Origin: an uncultured Chloroflexia bacterium
Lineage (GTDB): Bacteria; Chloroflexota; UBA6077; JACCZL01
Length of the DNA: 64,000 nt
Reading direction: 5' to 3'
Assembly (NCBI GenBank): GCA_963765765.1
Contig: CAVXYC010000015.1
Location: 736,001-800,000 of the forward strand
The position numbers and the translations under genes were made by a program. Under the pieces are notes generated by a model. The model saw nothing but the letters and a program-made list of their open reading frames with translations, did not search any database and was not told the origin of the DNA. Shown piece after piece: positions 47,026 to 59,611 of the stretch; positions within the stretch are counted from its first letter, which is position 1, and each line of letters opens with the position of its first letter.

Positions 47026-48462
47026 TCAGCCGCAATGCGCCGGCGATGAAGGCCTTGACCGCGCTGCGCGTCGGCCGGCAGCACGGTGACGCGCTTGGGC
47101 AGGTCCTCGATGCCCTGCGAACTGCGCCGGCCGGTCGGGCTCGCGGCCCAGCGCCTCGACGATGGTCGCGGCGAACTTGATCGGCAGCGCCGTCTCCAGC
47201 ACGATCATCGGCACGCCGGGCTGCAGGTGCTCGCGCGCCACCTTCAGGCCGTCGGCGGTGTGGGTGTCGATCATCGATGCCGAAGCGCTCGTGGGTGTCG
47301 CGGATGGTCGCCAGGCGGTCGGCGTGCGTGCTCTTGCCGCTGACGAAGCCGTAGCGCTGCGCGGCCTGCTCGAACGCCGGGTCGGCGCTCAGGTCGAAGC
47401 GGCCGTTCGCGCGACAGCTCGCTCGCCGAACAGGTCGCTGCACGCGCGCGCGCGTCGCGGCCCGAGCAGGTCGAACACGAAGCGCTCGAAGTTGCTGGCC
47501 TTGCAGATGTCCATCGACGGGCTGGAGGTCTCGTGCGTGTCGGCGCTGCCGCGCACGCGGTAGATGCCGGTGCGGAAGAACTCGTCGAGCACGTCGTTCT
47601 CGTTGGTCGCCAGCACCAGCTGCTCGATCGGCAGGCCCATCATGCGCGCCACGTGGCCGGCGCAGATGTTGCCGAAGTTGCCCGAGGGCACGGCGAAGCT
47701 CGACCTGTCTGCGTCGTTGCGCGCCGCGTGGCCTGGAAGTAGCCGGCGAAGTAGTAGACGACCTGCGCCACCAGCCGCGCCCAGTTGATCGAGTTGACGG
47801 TGCCGATGCGGTACTTGCGCTTGAACTCCAGGTCGTTGGACACCGCCTTGACGATGTCCTGGCAGTCGTCGAACACGCCCTCGATCGCGAGGTTGTGGAT
47901 GTTGGCGTCCTGCAGGCTGAACATCTGCGCCTGCTGGAACGGGCTCATGCGGCCGTGCGGCGAGGTCATGAAGACGCGCACGCCCTTCTTGCCGCGCATC
48001 GCGTATTCGGCCGCGCTGCCGGTGTCGCCCGAGGTCGCGCCCAGGATGTTCAGCTCTTCGCCGCGGCGCGCCAGTTCGTACTCGAACAGGTTGCCCAGCA
48101 GCTGCATCGCCATGTCCTTGAAGGCCAGCGTCGGGCCGTTGGACAGGCGCTTCGAGGTAGACGCCGTCTTCCAGCTGCTTCAGCGGCACGATCTGCGTGC
48201 GTGCCGAACACGTCCTCGGTGTAGGTCTTGCGGCAGATCGCGCTGCAGGTCGGCGGCCGGGATGTCGTCGATGTAGAGCGACAGGATCTCGAACGCGAGC
48301 TCCGCGTACGGCAGGCCGCGCCAGCGTGGCGAGCGTGGCGGCGTCGACCTGCGGATAGCGCTCGGGCAGGTACAGGCCGCCGTCGGGCGCCAGGCCTTCG
48401 AGCAGGATCTCGCAGAAGCTGCTTGCGGTCCGGCATGGCCGCGCGTGCGAGAGGTACAGCAT
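47026..48462 (-). CDS. thrC: Threonine synthase (frameshifted)
   Basis: GLAPDGGL, GPTLAFKD, ATSGDTG, NSINWAR and PSGNFG. Confidence 0.92.
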
Positions 48463-49792
48463 CAGGCGCAGTTCTTCCTTGCGGATGCGGATGATCGGCG
48501 CCAGCACCGTCGGCAGCGCCTGCATCTGCGCGATCACTTCGTTCATGCGTGCCTTCGCGCACGGTCGTGCGTCAGGATGATCAGGTCGGTCTGCGGTCGC
48601 GCCTTCCGCCGGCTGCTGGCTCGCGCTGCAGCATGCGCGTCGATGCTGATGCCGGCGTCGGCCAGCAGGCCGGTGACCTTGCGCCAGCACGCCGGCCTGG
48701 TCGGCCACCCGCAGGCGCAGGTAGTAGCTGGTGACGACCTCGCTCATCGGCAGGATCGGCGTGTCGCTCATCGCGTCGGGCTGGAACGCCAGGTGCGGCA
48801 CGCGGTGCGCGGCATCGGCCGTGTGCAGGCGCGTGATGTCGACCAGGTCGGCGATCACGGCGCTGGCCGTCGGCTCGCTGCCCGCGCCCTTGCCGTAGTA
48901 CAGCGTGGTGCCGACGGCGTCGCCCTGCACCATCACCGCGTTCATCGCGCCTTCGACATTGGCGATCAGGCGCTTGGCCGGCACCAGCGTCGGGTGCACG
49001 CGCAGCTCGATGCCCTTGCGCGCGTGCGCTTGGTGATGCCCAGCAGCTTGATGCGGTAGCCCAGCTGCTCGGCGTAGCGGATGTCCTGCGCGCCGCAGCT
49101 TGGTGATGCCCTCGACGTAGGCCTTGTCGAACTGCACCGGGATGCCGAACGCGATGGCGCTCATGATCGTCGCCTTGTGCGCGGCGTCGACGCCTTCGAT
49201 GTCGAAGGTCGGGTCGGCCTCGGCATAGCCCAGGCGCTGCGCCTCCTTCAGCGCCACGTCGAAGTCCAGCCCCTTGTCGCGCATCTCCGACAGGATGAAG
49301 TTGGTGGTGCCGTTGATGATGCCGGCGATCCACTCGATGCGGTTGGCGGTGAGGCCTTCGCGCAGCGCCTTGATGATCGGGATGCCGCCGGCCACCGCCG
49401 CCTCGAAGGCGACCATCACGCCGCGCGCGTGCGCCGCCGCGAAGATCTCGGTGCCGTGCACGCGCCAGCAGCGCCTTGTTGGCGGTGACCACGTGCTTGC
49501 CGGCCTCGATGGCCTCCATCACCAGCTGCCGGGCGATGCCGTAGCCGCCGATCAGCTCGACGACGATGTCGATCGTCGGGGTTGGCGATGACCGCGCGCG
49601 CGTCGTCGACGACCTCGCGCCGTGTCGCCGACGATCGGCTTGCGCGCGCGCGGTGTCGAGGTCGGCCACCATCGTGATCTCGATGCCGCGGCCGGCGCGG
49701 CGCTGGATCTCTTCCTGGTTGCGCTGCAGGACGTTGAAGATGCCGCTGCCGACGGTGCCGATGCCCAGCAGGCCGACTTGGATGGGTTTCAT
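48462..49792 (-). CDS. hom: Homoserine dehydrogenase (frameshifted)
   Basis: GIGTVG, VTANKA, EAAVAGGIP, NGTTNFIL, GYAEADP and C-terminal ACT domain. Confidence 0.92.
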
Positions 49793-49800
49793 GACGGCTG

Positions 49801-51044
49801 TCATCCACACCCGCTCACTCGCGAGTGGCGCTTGCGGTAGTGCTCGAGGAACCTCGCGATGCGGCCGATCGCCTCGCGCAGGTCGTCCTCATGCGGCAGG
49901 AACACGATGCGGAAGTGGTCCGGCTCGGCCCAGTTGAAGCCGGTGCCCTGCACCAGCATCACGCGCGTTTCCTGCAGCAGCTCAGGAAGAACTGGCGGTC
50001 GTCCTCGATCGGGTAGACCTTCGGGTCGAGCCGCGGGAACATGTACAGCGCGGCCTTGGGCTTCACGCAGGTGACGCCGGGGATGGCGGTGATCAGCTCG
50101 TAGGCCAGGTCGCGCTGGCGGCGCAGGCGGCCGCCCGGGCCGACCAGCTCGTTGATGCTCTGGTAGCCGCCCAGCGCCGTCTGGATCGCCCACTGGCCCG
50201 GCACGTTGGCGCACAGCCGCATGTTCGAGAGCATGTTCAGGCCCTCGATGTAGTCGGCGCGCGGCGCTTCTTGTCGCCCGACACCACCATCCAGCCGGCG
50301 CGGTAGCCGCACGAGCGGTAGCTCTTGGACAGCGAGTTGAAGGTGAGCGTCAGCACGTCGTCCGACAGGCTGGCGATCGCCGTGTGCTTCGCGCCGTCGT
50401 ACAGCACCTTGTCGTAGACCTCGTCGGCGAAGATCACCAGCCCGTGCTCGCGCGCGATGCTCGACGATCTGCGCAGCAGCTCGTCGGAATACAGCGCGCC
50501 GGTCGGGTTGTTCGGGTTGATGACGACGATGCCCTTGGTGCGCGGCGTGATCTTGCGGCGGATGTCGTCGAGGTCGGGCATCCAGCCGTTGGCCTCGTCG
50601 CACAGGTAGTGCACCGGCGTGCCGCCCGACAGCGCCGCGACGGCGGTCCACAGCGGATAGTCGGGCGACGGGCAGCAGCAGCTCGTCGCCCTCGTTGAGC
50701 AGCGCGTTGGTGGCCATCGCGATCAGCTCGCTCGCGCCGTTGCCGAGGTAGATGTCGTCGAGCGTGACGCCCTGGATGCCCTGCTGCTGGGTGTAGTGCA
50801 TCACCGCCTTGCGCGCGCGCGAAGATGCCCTTGCTGTCCGAGTAGCCCGCCGAGTTCGGCAGGTTGCGGATCATGTCCTGCTGGATCTCCTCGGGCGCGT
50901 CGAAGCCGAACACGGCGAGGTTGCCGATGTTCAGCTTGATGATCTTGTGGCCCTCTTCCTCCATCTGCCGCGCCGCATCCATGATGGGGCCGCGGATGTC
51001 GTAGCAGACGTTGGCGAGCTTGCTCGATTTCGCATGGTTCTCAC
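49801..51044 (-). CDS. alaA: Glutamate-pyruvate aminotransferase AlaA family (frameshifted)
   Basis: KSSKLANVCYDIRGP, LNIGN, NPNNPTG and SLSKSYR. Confidence 0.85.
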
Positions 51045-51078
51045 GCGCATTCTCCTCGGCGCCAACGCCCGGAAAAAC

Positions 51079-52051
51079 CTATAATTTGACCATACGGGTC
51101 GCAGCTTCCATCGCGTTGCGCGTGAGCTCCGCCTGCGCCAGCACCCAACGTGCGAATTCCGCCACTTCGGGCGCGATTGGCCGCTGCGAGGCACGAGCAG
51201 TAGGCGTTGCGCGATCGATCCGACCGGCCGGGCCGAACGGCTCGATCAGTTCGCCGCTGGCGAGCGACTCGGCGACGAGCGCCACCGGCCGAGCGCGACG
51301 CGACTGGCCGGTCAGCGCGGCCTGCACCTGCTGGTGAGTGAAATTGAAGACGATCCAGCGCGCGCGGCTGCAGCTGACCTCGCCCTTGACCGAGCAGCCA
51401 GTGGTGCCAGCTCAGCAGGGCGGCGCTCGGCGAATGGTCCTCTTCCTGGCGAGCGCGTGCAGCGCCGAGATCGGCCGGGCGTGAGCGGCGGAGCCTGGCC
51501 GCTCGCGATCTGCTCGGCGAGCCAGCGGCCGATCACCGGCGTCAGCATCTCGCCGAACAGCCGCAGCGCAGTAGGCGGCGCCTGCTCGGCGAGCGCAGTA
51601 GCGCAGCGCCATGTCGAGATCGGGCTCGTCGAGCCCGACCAGCTTGTCGAGAGGCGGACACGCGGATGTCGATGTCGGCATGCGAGCGCTGGAAGGCTTC
51701 GAGCCGCGGGATCAGCCAGAGCGACGAGAACGACGCGAAGGTCGTGACGCTGACGACGTTGCGCCCGCGCCCGACACGGATCTGGCGCACGGTCGCATCG
51801 AGGCGATCGAGCGTGGGCGCGACGTGCGACGCAGCGAGCGCTGCGCCGTCGCTGGTGATCTCGACGTGGCGAGTGCCGCGCATGAAGAGCGGCGCGCCGA
51901 GCTCGGCTTCGAGCGAGCTGATCTGGCGGCTGACCGCCGACTGCGTCAGATGCAGCTCTTCGGCGGCGGCCCGGAAGTTGAGCAGACGCGCGACCGCCTC
52001 GAAGGCGCGGATCGGACCGACGGGCAACGGACGGTGACGGGCGTCGCTCAT
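51079..52051 (-). CDS. GcvA-type LysR regulator (heavily frameshifted)
   Basis: RAFEAVARLLNFRAAAEELHLTQSAVSRQI and SLWLIPRL. Confidence 0.8.
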
Positions 52052-52063
52052 CACGCTCTATTC

Positions 52064-52080
52064 ATGACTCATAGCGTCAT
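52064..52080. promoter_or_regulatory. LysR operator candidate ATGAC-N7-GTCAT
   Basis: Palindrome in the divergent LysR/DUF2917 intergenic region. Confidence 0.5.
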
Positions 52081-52153
52081 CAATCAACGGTTCGATGTCA
52101 TTGGACCGCGCCTCCGGAGCTCTCTAGGATTCAGGCATCAACCAGGAGCAGCC

Positions 52154-52549
52154 ATGAACTCTACACTGATGCACAAGTCGCAACGATCTGGGGATTCGAT
52201 CTGGTCCCTGCCGGCGCAGACGTCGAGGACGCTGCGCGTGGGCCCGGGCGCGCGCGTGCTCCAGGTCGCAGGAGGGCCGGCTCTGGCTGACGACTGTCGG
52301 GCAACGCCGACCGAAGCGGCTACCGACCTGTGGCTGGAGGCCGGGCGAGAGCGTCGAGCTGGCCGATGGTCTCGAAGTCGTGATGGAGGCTGGCCGGCAG
52401 CTCGCTACCAGCTGATGGTTCCGCCGTCGGTGTGCCGCGGCCGGCACGACCGCGGCGCTCGCCGTTGGCGCGCGCAGCCGGCTGGCTGGCCGATCTCGTC
52501 GCGCACCGCATGCCGCGGCCTGTCGCCGAACCGCGGCTTCGCGCACTGA
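52154..52549 (+). CDS. DUF2917-like protein (frameshifted)
   Basis: AGGAG RBS; LQV..G.LWLT and DLWLE motifs; divergent from a GcvA-like LysR. Confidence 0.6.
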   Translation: MNSTLMHKSQRSGDSIWSLPAQTSRTLRVGPGARVLQVAGGPALADDCRATPTEAATDLWLEAGRERRAGRWSRSRDGGWPAARYQLMVPPSVCRGRHDRGARRWRAQPAGWPISSRTACRGLSPNRGFAH

Positions 52550-52652
52550 TCGACGCGATCGGCGGCCCGGTGCGAGATGCCCGCACCGCAGCCGACGCGT
52601 GCGTCGGCTGATGCATCATCGCCGGCTCGAAGGATGGACGAGCCAGGCGACC

Positions 52653-53035
52653 ATGAAGCTGCAGGCAGACCGCATGGAGGGCCAGAACGCGATCTCGCGC
52701 CATGGTCCCGACGGCATCATCGTCAACGGGGTCGAGTACCGCGAGAGCGTCGATCGTGCCCTGGCGCGGCGCGGTCGCCGCCTGGGGCGTCGATGACTTC
52801 GAGCGCTGTCGGCCGAGCACTTCGAGACGCTCGCCGCGCTGGCTCCCGAGGTCGTGATCTTCGGCAGCGGCAGCCGCATGCGCTTTCCGAAGCCGGCGTT
52901 GCTGCAGCCGCTGATGGCGCGCCGGATCGGCATCGAGACGATGGACACGGCCGCGGCCTGCCGCACCTACAACATCTGCTGGCCGAAGGCGCGCGCGTCG
53001 TCGCGGCGCTGCTTTTCGAGGCGCCCCGTCCCTGA
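52653..53035 (+). CDS. Mth938/DUF498-like protein
   Basis: MKLQADR, PEVVIFGSG and ETMDTAAACRTYN. Confidence 0.85.
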
Positions 53036-53128
53036 TCCGGGTGCGCCGGCAGGGGCCGGCCGGAGGGGCTCAGCCCCTATAATCTGCGGCTACGCCTGGA
53101 CCAGTGGCGCAACCGAACAGAATACTTC

Positions 53129-53603
53129 ATGACGCCTGCTCTCAACAAACCCATCCGGAATTTGAAGCGATCGCCACCGGCGGCGTCAAGTTCACGCCCA
53201 GGCCTATACCGGCAAGATCGTCGTGCTGTACTTCTACCCGAAGGACAACACGCCCGGCTGCACGACCGAAGCGATGCAGTTCCGCGACCAGTACAAGGAA
53301 TTCGTGAAGGCCGGCGCCGTGCGTGTTCGGCGTCTCGCGCGACAACATGAAGTCGCACGACAAGTTCAAGCCAAGCTCGAGCTGCCGTTCGAGCTGATCG
53401 CCGACACCGAAGAGAAGCTGTGCCACATGTTCGGCGTGGTCAAGAACAAGATCATGTACGGCAAGAAGGTCAAGGGCATCGAGCGCAGCACCTTCCTGAT
53501 CGGCGCCGACGGCGTGCTGCGAGCCGAGTGGCGCGGCCTGAAGGTCGCCGGCCACGTCGACGAGGTGCTCAAGGCCGTCAAGGCCATCAAGAAGGCGGCC
53601 TGA
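53129..53603 (+). CDS. bcp: Peroxiredoxin BCP/PrxQ
   Basis: LYFYPKDNTPGCT and IERSTFLI. Confidence 0.9.
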
Positions 53604-53670
53604 CGCGCCGCGCCTTCGTTCCGCGCGCACCCTGCGGTCGCTCGACCGTCCTTCATCCGAGCCGTCCCCC

Positions 53671-55354
53671 ATGCCACTGCCCAAGCCCCCGCCAAGCGCG
53701 CGGCGCTGCTGAGCGCCGACGACTTCGTCGCGCAATCCGCGGCCCAACCCGGCAAGCGGTCGCAGCGCCCGCGGCCGAGCGACGAGCCGCGCCTGCCGGC
53801 CGTGCTCGAGCTGAACGACGCACGCGCCGGCCGGCGCGCGCCGTCCGGCCCGCGCGTCGAAGCGCCCGGCGCCTGCCGCAGCGCCGCCGCGCCGCTGCGC
53901 CGGCCGATGCCGACGGCGCCGCATCCGGCCAAGAAGCCGCGCGGCACCGGCCCGGCCAAGCTGTTCGTGCTCGACACCAACGTGCTGATGCACGACCCGA
54001 TGAGCCTGTTCCGCTTCGAGGAGCACGACATCTTCCTGCCGATGATCACGCTCGAGGAGCTCGACGGCCACAAGAAGGGCATGACCGAAGTCGCGCGCAA
54101 CGCGCGCCAGGTCAGCCGCGACCTCGACGCGCTGGCGGCCAACATGCCGAGCCGCGATGCGTCGCGGCCTCAGCGACGGCCTGCAGCTCGAACCAGCACC
54201 GGCCACCGCGAAGCCGGCGGCAAGCTGTTCTTCCAGACCAACCTGGTCGACGTCGACCTGCCGGCCGGCCTGCCGCAGGGCAAGGCCGACAACCAGATCC
54301 TGGGCGTGGTGCAAGGCGCTGCGCGAGCAGCAGCCGGGGCGCGACGTGGTGCTGGTGTCGAAGGACATCAACATGCGCGTCAAGGCGCGCGCGCTGGGCC
54401 TGCCGGCCGAGGACTACTTCAACGACAAGACGCTGGACGACGGCGACCTGCTGTACACCGGCGTGCTGCCGCTGCCGGCCGACTTCTGGGAGCGCCACGG
54501 CAAGACGATGGAGAGCTGGCAGCAGGGCGGCCACACCTTCTACCGGATCAGCGGGCCGATGGTGCCGGTCCTGCTGATCAACCAGTTCGTCTACCTCGAG
54601 GCGCCCGGCGCCGCGCCGCTGTACGCCAGGGTCACCGAGATCACCGGCAAGACCGCGGTGCTGCGCACGCTGAAGGACTACACCCACCAGAAGAACGCGG
54701 TCTGGGGCGTCACCGCGCGCAACCGCGAGCAGAACTTCGCGATGAACCTGCTGATGGACCCGGAGTGCGACTTCATCACGCTGACCGGCACGGCCGGCAC
54801 CGGCAAGACGCTGATGGCGCTGGCCGCCGGCCTGACGCAGGTGATGGACGACCGCCGCTACACCGAGATCATCATGACCCGCGTCACGGTGCCGGTCGGC
54901 GAGGACATCGGCTTCCTGCCCGGCACCGAGGAAGAGAAGATGGGCCCGTGGATGGGCGCGCTCGACGACAACCTCGAGGTGCTGGCCAAGACCGACACCG
55001 GCGCCGGCGAATGGGGCCGCGCGGCCACCAACGACCTGGTGCGCAGCGAAGATCAAGATCAAGAGCCTGAACTTCATGCGCGGCCGCACCTTCCTGAACA
55101 AGTACGTGATCATCGACGAGGCGCAGAACCTGACGCCCAAGCAGATGAAGACGCTGATCACGCGCGCCGGCCCGGGCACCAAGATCGTCTGCCTGGGCAA
55201 CCTCGCGCAGATCGACACGCCCTACCTGACCGAGGGCAGCTCGGGCCTGACCTTCGCGGTCGACCGGTTCAAGGGCTGGCCGCACTGCGGCCACATCACG
55301 CTGGCGCGCGGCGAGCGCTCGCGGCTGGCGGACTTCGCGTCCGAAGTGCTCTAG
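53671..55354 (+). CDS. PIN-PhoH (PhoH2/YlaK-type) ATPase
   Basis: FVLDTNVL PIN domain, SKDINMR, GTAGTGKT, GFLPG and DEAQN. Confidence 0.88.
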
Positions 55355-55419
55355 CCGCGGTACCTGCGGAGCCGCGCCGTCGAGGGCCTCGTGCGCCCTG
55401 ACCGGCAGCTGCTCCGCGG

Positions 55420-57348
55420 TCAGCCGTCGCGACGACCTCGCGCAGTGCCTGCAGCGCGCGCCGGGTCCTCGATCGTCGTCAGGTCGCCCGGATCGCGGCC
55501 TTCGCAGACCGCCTGGATCGCGCGCCGCAGCAGCTTGCCCGAGCGCGTCTTCGGCAGCACGTTGACGAAGTGCACGCGCGCCGGCCGCGCCAGCGCGCCG
55601 AGCTGCGTCGTCGACCGTCTTCATGATGTCGCCTTCGAGCCTCAGGCGCGCCGGCGGCATCGCCGAGCGCGCGCGGCGTCCTTGCGCGACGACGAAGGCC
55701 ATCGCGACCTGGCCCTTCAGCGCATCGGCCACGCCGACCACCGCGACCTCGGCGACGTTCGGATGGCTCGAGATGCTCTCCTCGATCTCGCGCGTGCCGA
55801 GCCGGTGGCCGGCGACGTTGATGACGTCGTCGGTGCGGCCGAGGATGAAGTAGTAGCCGTCGGCGTCGCGGATGCCCCAGTCGAAGGTGTTGTAGACGCA
55901 GCCGGCCCGGGATGCTGTCCCAGTAGGTCTCGCACGAAGCGCGCGTCGTCGCGCCACACCGTCTGCATGCAGCCGGGCGGCATCGGCCCCTCGATCACGA
56001 CGACGCCCTTGCGGTTCGGCTCGACGATGTCCTGCGCCGGTCGTCTCGTCGATCAGCTTGACGTCGTAGCCGTACATCGGCACGCCCGGGCTGCCGAACT
56101 TGCTCGGCGTCGGCTCGACGCCGTTGGCGACCGTCAGGATCGGCCAGCCGCTCTCGGTCTGCCAGTAGTTGTCGATGATCGGCTTGCCGAGCGCCTCGGC
56201 GATCCACGACGCGGTCGGCTCGTCGAGCGGCTCGCCGGCCAGGAACAGCGCGCGCAGCGACGACAGGTCGTGACTCGCGCAGGTACGCCGGGTCCTGCTT
56301 CTTCAGCACGCGCATCGCGGTCGGCGCGCTGAACATCGCGGTCACCTGGTACTTCTCGACCAGGCGCCACCAGATGCCGGCGTCGGGCCGGATCGGCAGG
56401 CCTTCGTAGAGGATCGTCGCCATGCCGGCGATCAGCGGCCCGTAGACGATGTAGCTGTGGCCGACGACCCAGCCGATGTCGCTGGTCGAGAAGTAGGTCT
56501 CGCCGGCGTTGCCGCAGAAGATGTGCTTCATGCTCGCGGCCAGCGCGACCGCGTAGCCGCCGGTGTCGCGCTGCACGCCCTTCGGCGTGCCGGTGGTGCC
56601 GCTGGTGTAGAGCGTGTAGCTCGGGTGCGTCGACGTCGAGCCAGGCGCACGGCACGCGCGCGTCGCAGGTGGCGCTCGCGCAGCGCGGCGTAGTCCTCGT
56701 CGCGGCCGGCGACGCGCTCCATCGGCGCGAGGCCGCGGTCGACCAGCAGCACCTTGGCCGGCTTGTGGCGCGCCAGCCGGATCGCCTCGTCGAGCAGCGG
56801 CTTGTAGGCGATGACCTTGCCGGCGCGGCTGCCGGCGTCGGCGCTGACGATGAGCACCGGCTCGGCGTCGTCGATGCGGCTCGCCAGGCTGCCGCTGGCG
56901 AAGCCGCCGAACACCACCGAGTGGATCGCGCCGATGCGCGCGCAGGCCAGCATCGCGAACACCGCCTCGGGGATCATCGGCATGTAGATCAGCACGCGAT
57001 CGCCCTGCGCCGACGCCGAGCGCCTGCAGGCAGGCCGCCATGCGCTGCACTTCGGCGTGCAGCTCGCGCGAAGCTGTAGACGCGCTCGGCGCCGGTCTCG
57101 GTCGAGACGCAGATCAGCGCGTTCTGCGCCGCCCGCGTCGGCGAGATGCCGGTCGACGGCGTTGTGGCACAGGTTGGTGCGGCCGCCGACGAACCAGCGC
57201 GCGAACGGCGGCCGGCTCGCGTCGCAGACGCGTGTCGAACGGGCGCTCCCAGTCGATCAGCCGCGCCTGCTCGGCCCAGAACGCGTCGCGATCGCTCGAG
57301 CGAGCGGCGGTGGAAGTCGGCGTAGCTGGGGGCGGTTGGCGAGGGCAT
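55420..57348 (-). CDS. prpE: Propionate-CoA ligase (frameshifted)
   Basis: HSVVFGGFA, YTSGTTGTPKGVQRDTGGY, DNYWQTESGWP and KTRSGK. Confidence 0.88.
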
Positions 57349-57366
57349 CGGAGCTCCGGCAGGAAG

Positions 57367-58948
57367 TCAGCGAATGATCGCCGCGGCGACTCGCTCGCGG
57401 CTTGCGGCAGATCAACCATCACCGGCTTGCCCGGCGGCGTGCAGCCGGTGTCGCAGCAGCGACCGGGCTGCTTGTTGCGCGGTGATGCGGCGCTGCGGGT
57501 CGTCGGCGAGGATGCCGCGGTTGAGCAGCCGCTCGACCAGCTCGACCTTGTTGCCGACCGGGTAGTTGCGCCAGATCTCCTGCTTCATCGCCGCCGGCGA
57601 GCCGCCGCCGTGCAGGCTGATCACCGAGTACCAGCCGCCCTGGTACGACGCGGTCAGGTCTTCGAGGAAGCGCGCGGCCTCGATGCGCTTGTCGTACGGC
57701 ACGTCGGGGTTCGCGCGCAGCACCTCGGCCAGCGTCGCCGAGGTCGCCGGGTTGTGGTCTTCGTCCGGGCCGGGCAACGTGACGATCAGGCCGCCCGACA
57801 CGTAGTGCGCGATCCGGTGCATGTCGTAGATCTGGGTCGCGAGCAGCAGCTTGCCGATGTTCGCGAACACCGGGTCCGGCATGAAGGTGCCGGAGTGCGG
57901 CGCGGCGGTCGCATAGACGCTCGCGGCGACGCCGCAGGCATAGAAGCCCTCGGTGATCTTGATCAGCTCGACCATCTGCTCGCGCAGGTGGGTCTCGCTG
58001 CCCGGATCGAAGCCGTTGGCCTCGCACATCAGCGCGCCGGCGCCGATCAGCAGGTCGCCGAAGCCGGCGCGGGCGCCGATGCAGGTGTGCCGATGGTGGG
58101 TCGCGTAGCTGTAGGTCAGCGCGGCCGAGTGCTCCCATTCGCCGGCCAGGAAGACGCGTTCCCACGGCACGAAGACGCGGTCGAAGACGAGCACGCCGGT
58201 CGACTGGCCGTAGCGGTTCGAGAACAGCGCCGCCTTCTCGCCGGGCCGGCCGGCCGGCCGCGCGACGATCGTCAGGCCGTCGGCGTCGCACGGCACCGCG
58301 CAACAGACCGCGAAGTCGGCATCGGCCTCGCTCATGTTGCGGCACGGCATGACCATGAACTCGTGGACATACGGCGCCGCCGTCACGATCGCCTTGGTGC
58401 CGGAGATGACGATGCCCTGCGGCGTGCGCTCGACGATGTGGACGTAGCTGTCCGGATTGGCCTGCTGGTGCGGACGCCTGCTGCGGTCGCCCTTCGCGTC
58501 GGTCATCGCGATGCCGAGCGCTGATGTCGCGGTCCTGCGCGTCGTGCAGGTAGGCGAAGAAGCGCTCGCGGTAGGCGGTGCCCTTGTCGGCGTCGATCAG
58601 CGCGGTCGCCTGGTCGAGCGCGCTGAACGCGTCGTGCGCGAGATAGCGCTGCGCGCAGCCGGTCTCCTGGCAGAGCACGCGAACGGCCTCGAGCTTGTTC
58701 AGCAGGTCGCCGCTGCTCGTGTCGATGTGCAGCATCCGGTTCACGGTCTTGCCGCTGCTCGCCTGCACCGCGCGCATCAGCGGCGCCAGCTCGTCGCGCA
58801 ACGCGTAGTCGTAGCTGACGCCGAGCGCGTTGATGCCGGGCTGCAGCGACGGCGCATCGGCGACGCTGTCGATCCGCTCGCCGTCGACGAACACGCGCGG
58901 CTTGTAGCGGCGCAGCGATTCCTTGTAGTCCGACGAGCTCATGAACAT
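57367..58948 (-). CDS. 4-hydroxybutyryl-CoA dehydratase / HpaB-family flavoprotein with atypical Cys motifs
   Basis: AMTDAKGDRS, GIVISGTKA, FDRVFVPWERVF and HGGGSP. GCAQRY and HRHTCIGAR replace the canonical CxxxC and Hx6C; C-terminal RCCDTGC. Confidence 0.8.
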
Positions 58949-59045
58949 GGCGACGGCATCCGCTGAAACGACCGGCTCATTCTAAGAAGGCGGCCCAGCG
59001 CAGAATGGCGCGGACCCGACTCTCGATCACCGCAAAGAGGTTGCC

Positions 59046-59583
59046 ATGACGCTGTGCCAGGCCGACCGTTCGACGTTGCTGATCATCGACCCGCAAGCGC
59101 GCCTGCTGCCGGCGATCCACGACGGCGACGCGTGGTCCGGCGCCTGGTCCAGCTCGCGACCGCAGCGCGCGAGCTGGGCATCCCGGTCATCGGCACCGAG
59201 GAGAACCCCGACGGGCTCGGCCCGAACGTCGTCGCAGTGCGCGCGCTCTGCGACCGGACCTTCGCCAAGTTCTTCTTCTCCGCGGTCTCGGAGCCCGGCT
59301 TCCTCGAACAGTTGCCGGCCGGTCGCGAGACGCTGGTCGTCGCCGGCTGCGAGGCCCATGTCTGCGTGATGCAGACGGTCGCGCGCCTGCTCGAGGCCGG
59401 CCGCCCGGTGCAAATGGGTCAGCGACGCCGTCGGCTCGCGACGACGCGTTCGATCGCGATGCCGCGACCGCCCGCGCCCGCGCCCTCGGCGCCGACATCG
59501 TGACGACCGAGATGGTCGTCTTCGAGTGGCTCGAGACCTGCAAGCACCCCGCCTTCCGATCGGTGCTGCAACTGATCCGCTGA
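59046..59583 (+). CDS. Isochorismatase-family (YcaC-like) cysteine hydrolase
   Basis: IIDPQARL, GCEAHVCV and EMVVFEWL. Confidence 0.85.
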
Positions 59584-59611
59584 GCGCTGCGGCGCGTCGC
59601 GCTGCCGGCGT

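Noticed and set aside
53671-55354. PIN-PhoH as a toxin or defence system
   Set aside because: It is a conserved housekeeping-context gene (Mth938-bcp-phoH) with no antitoxin nearby.
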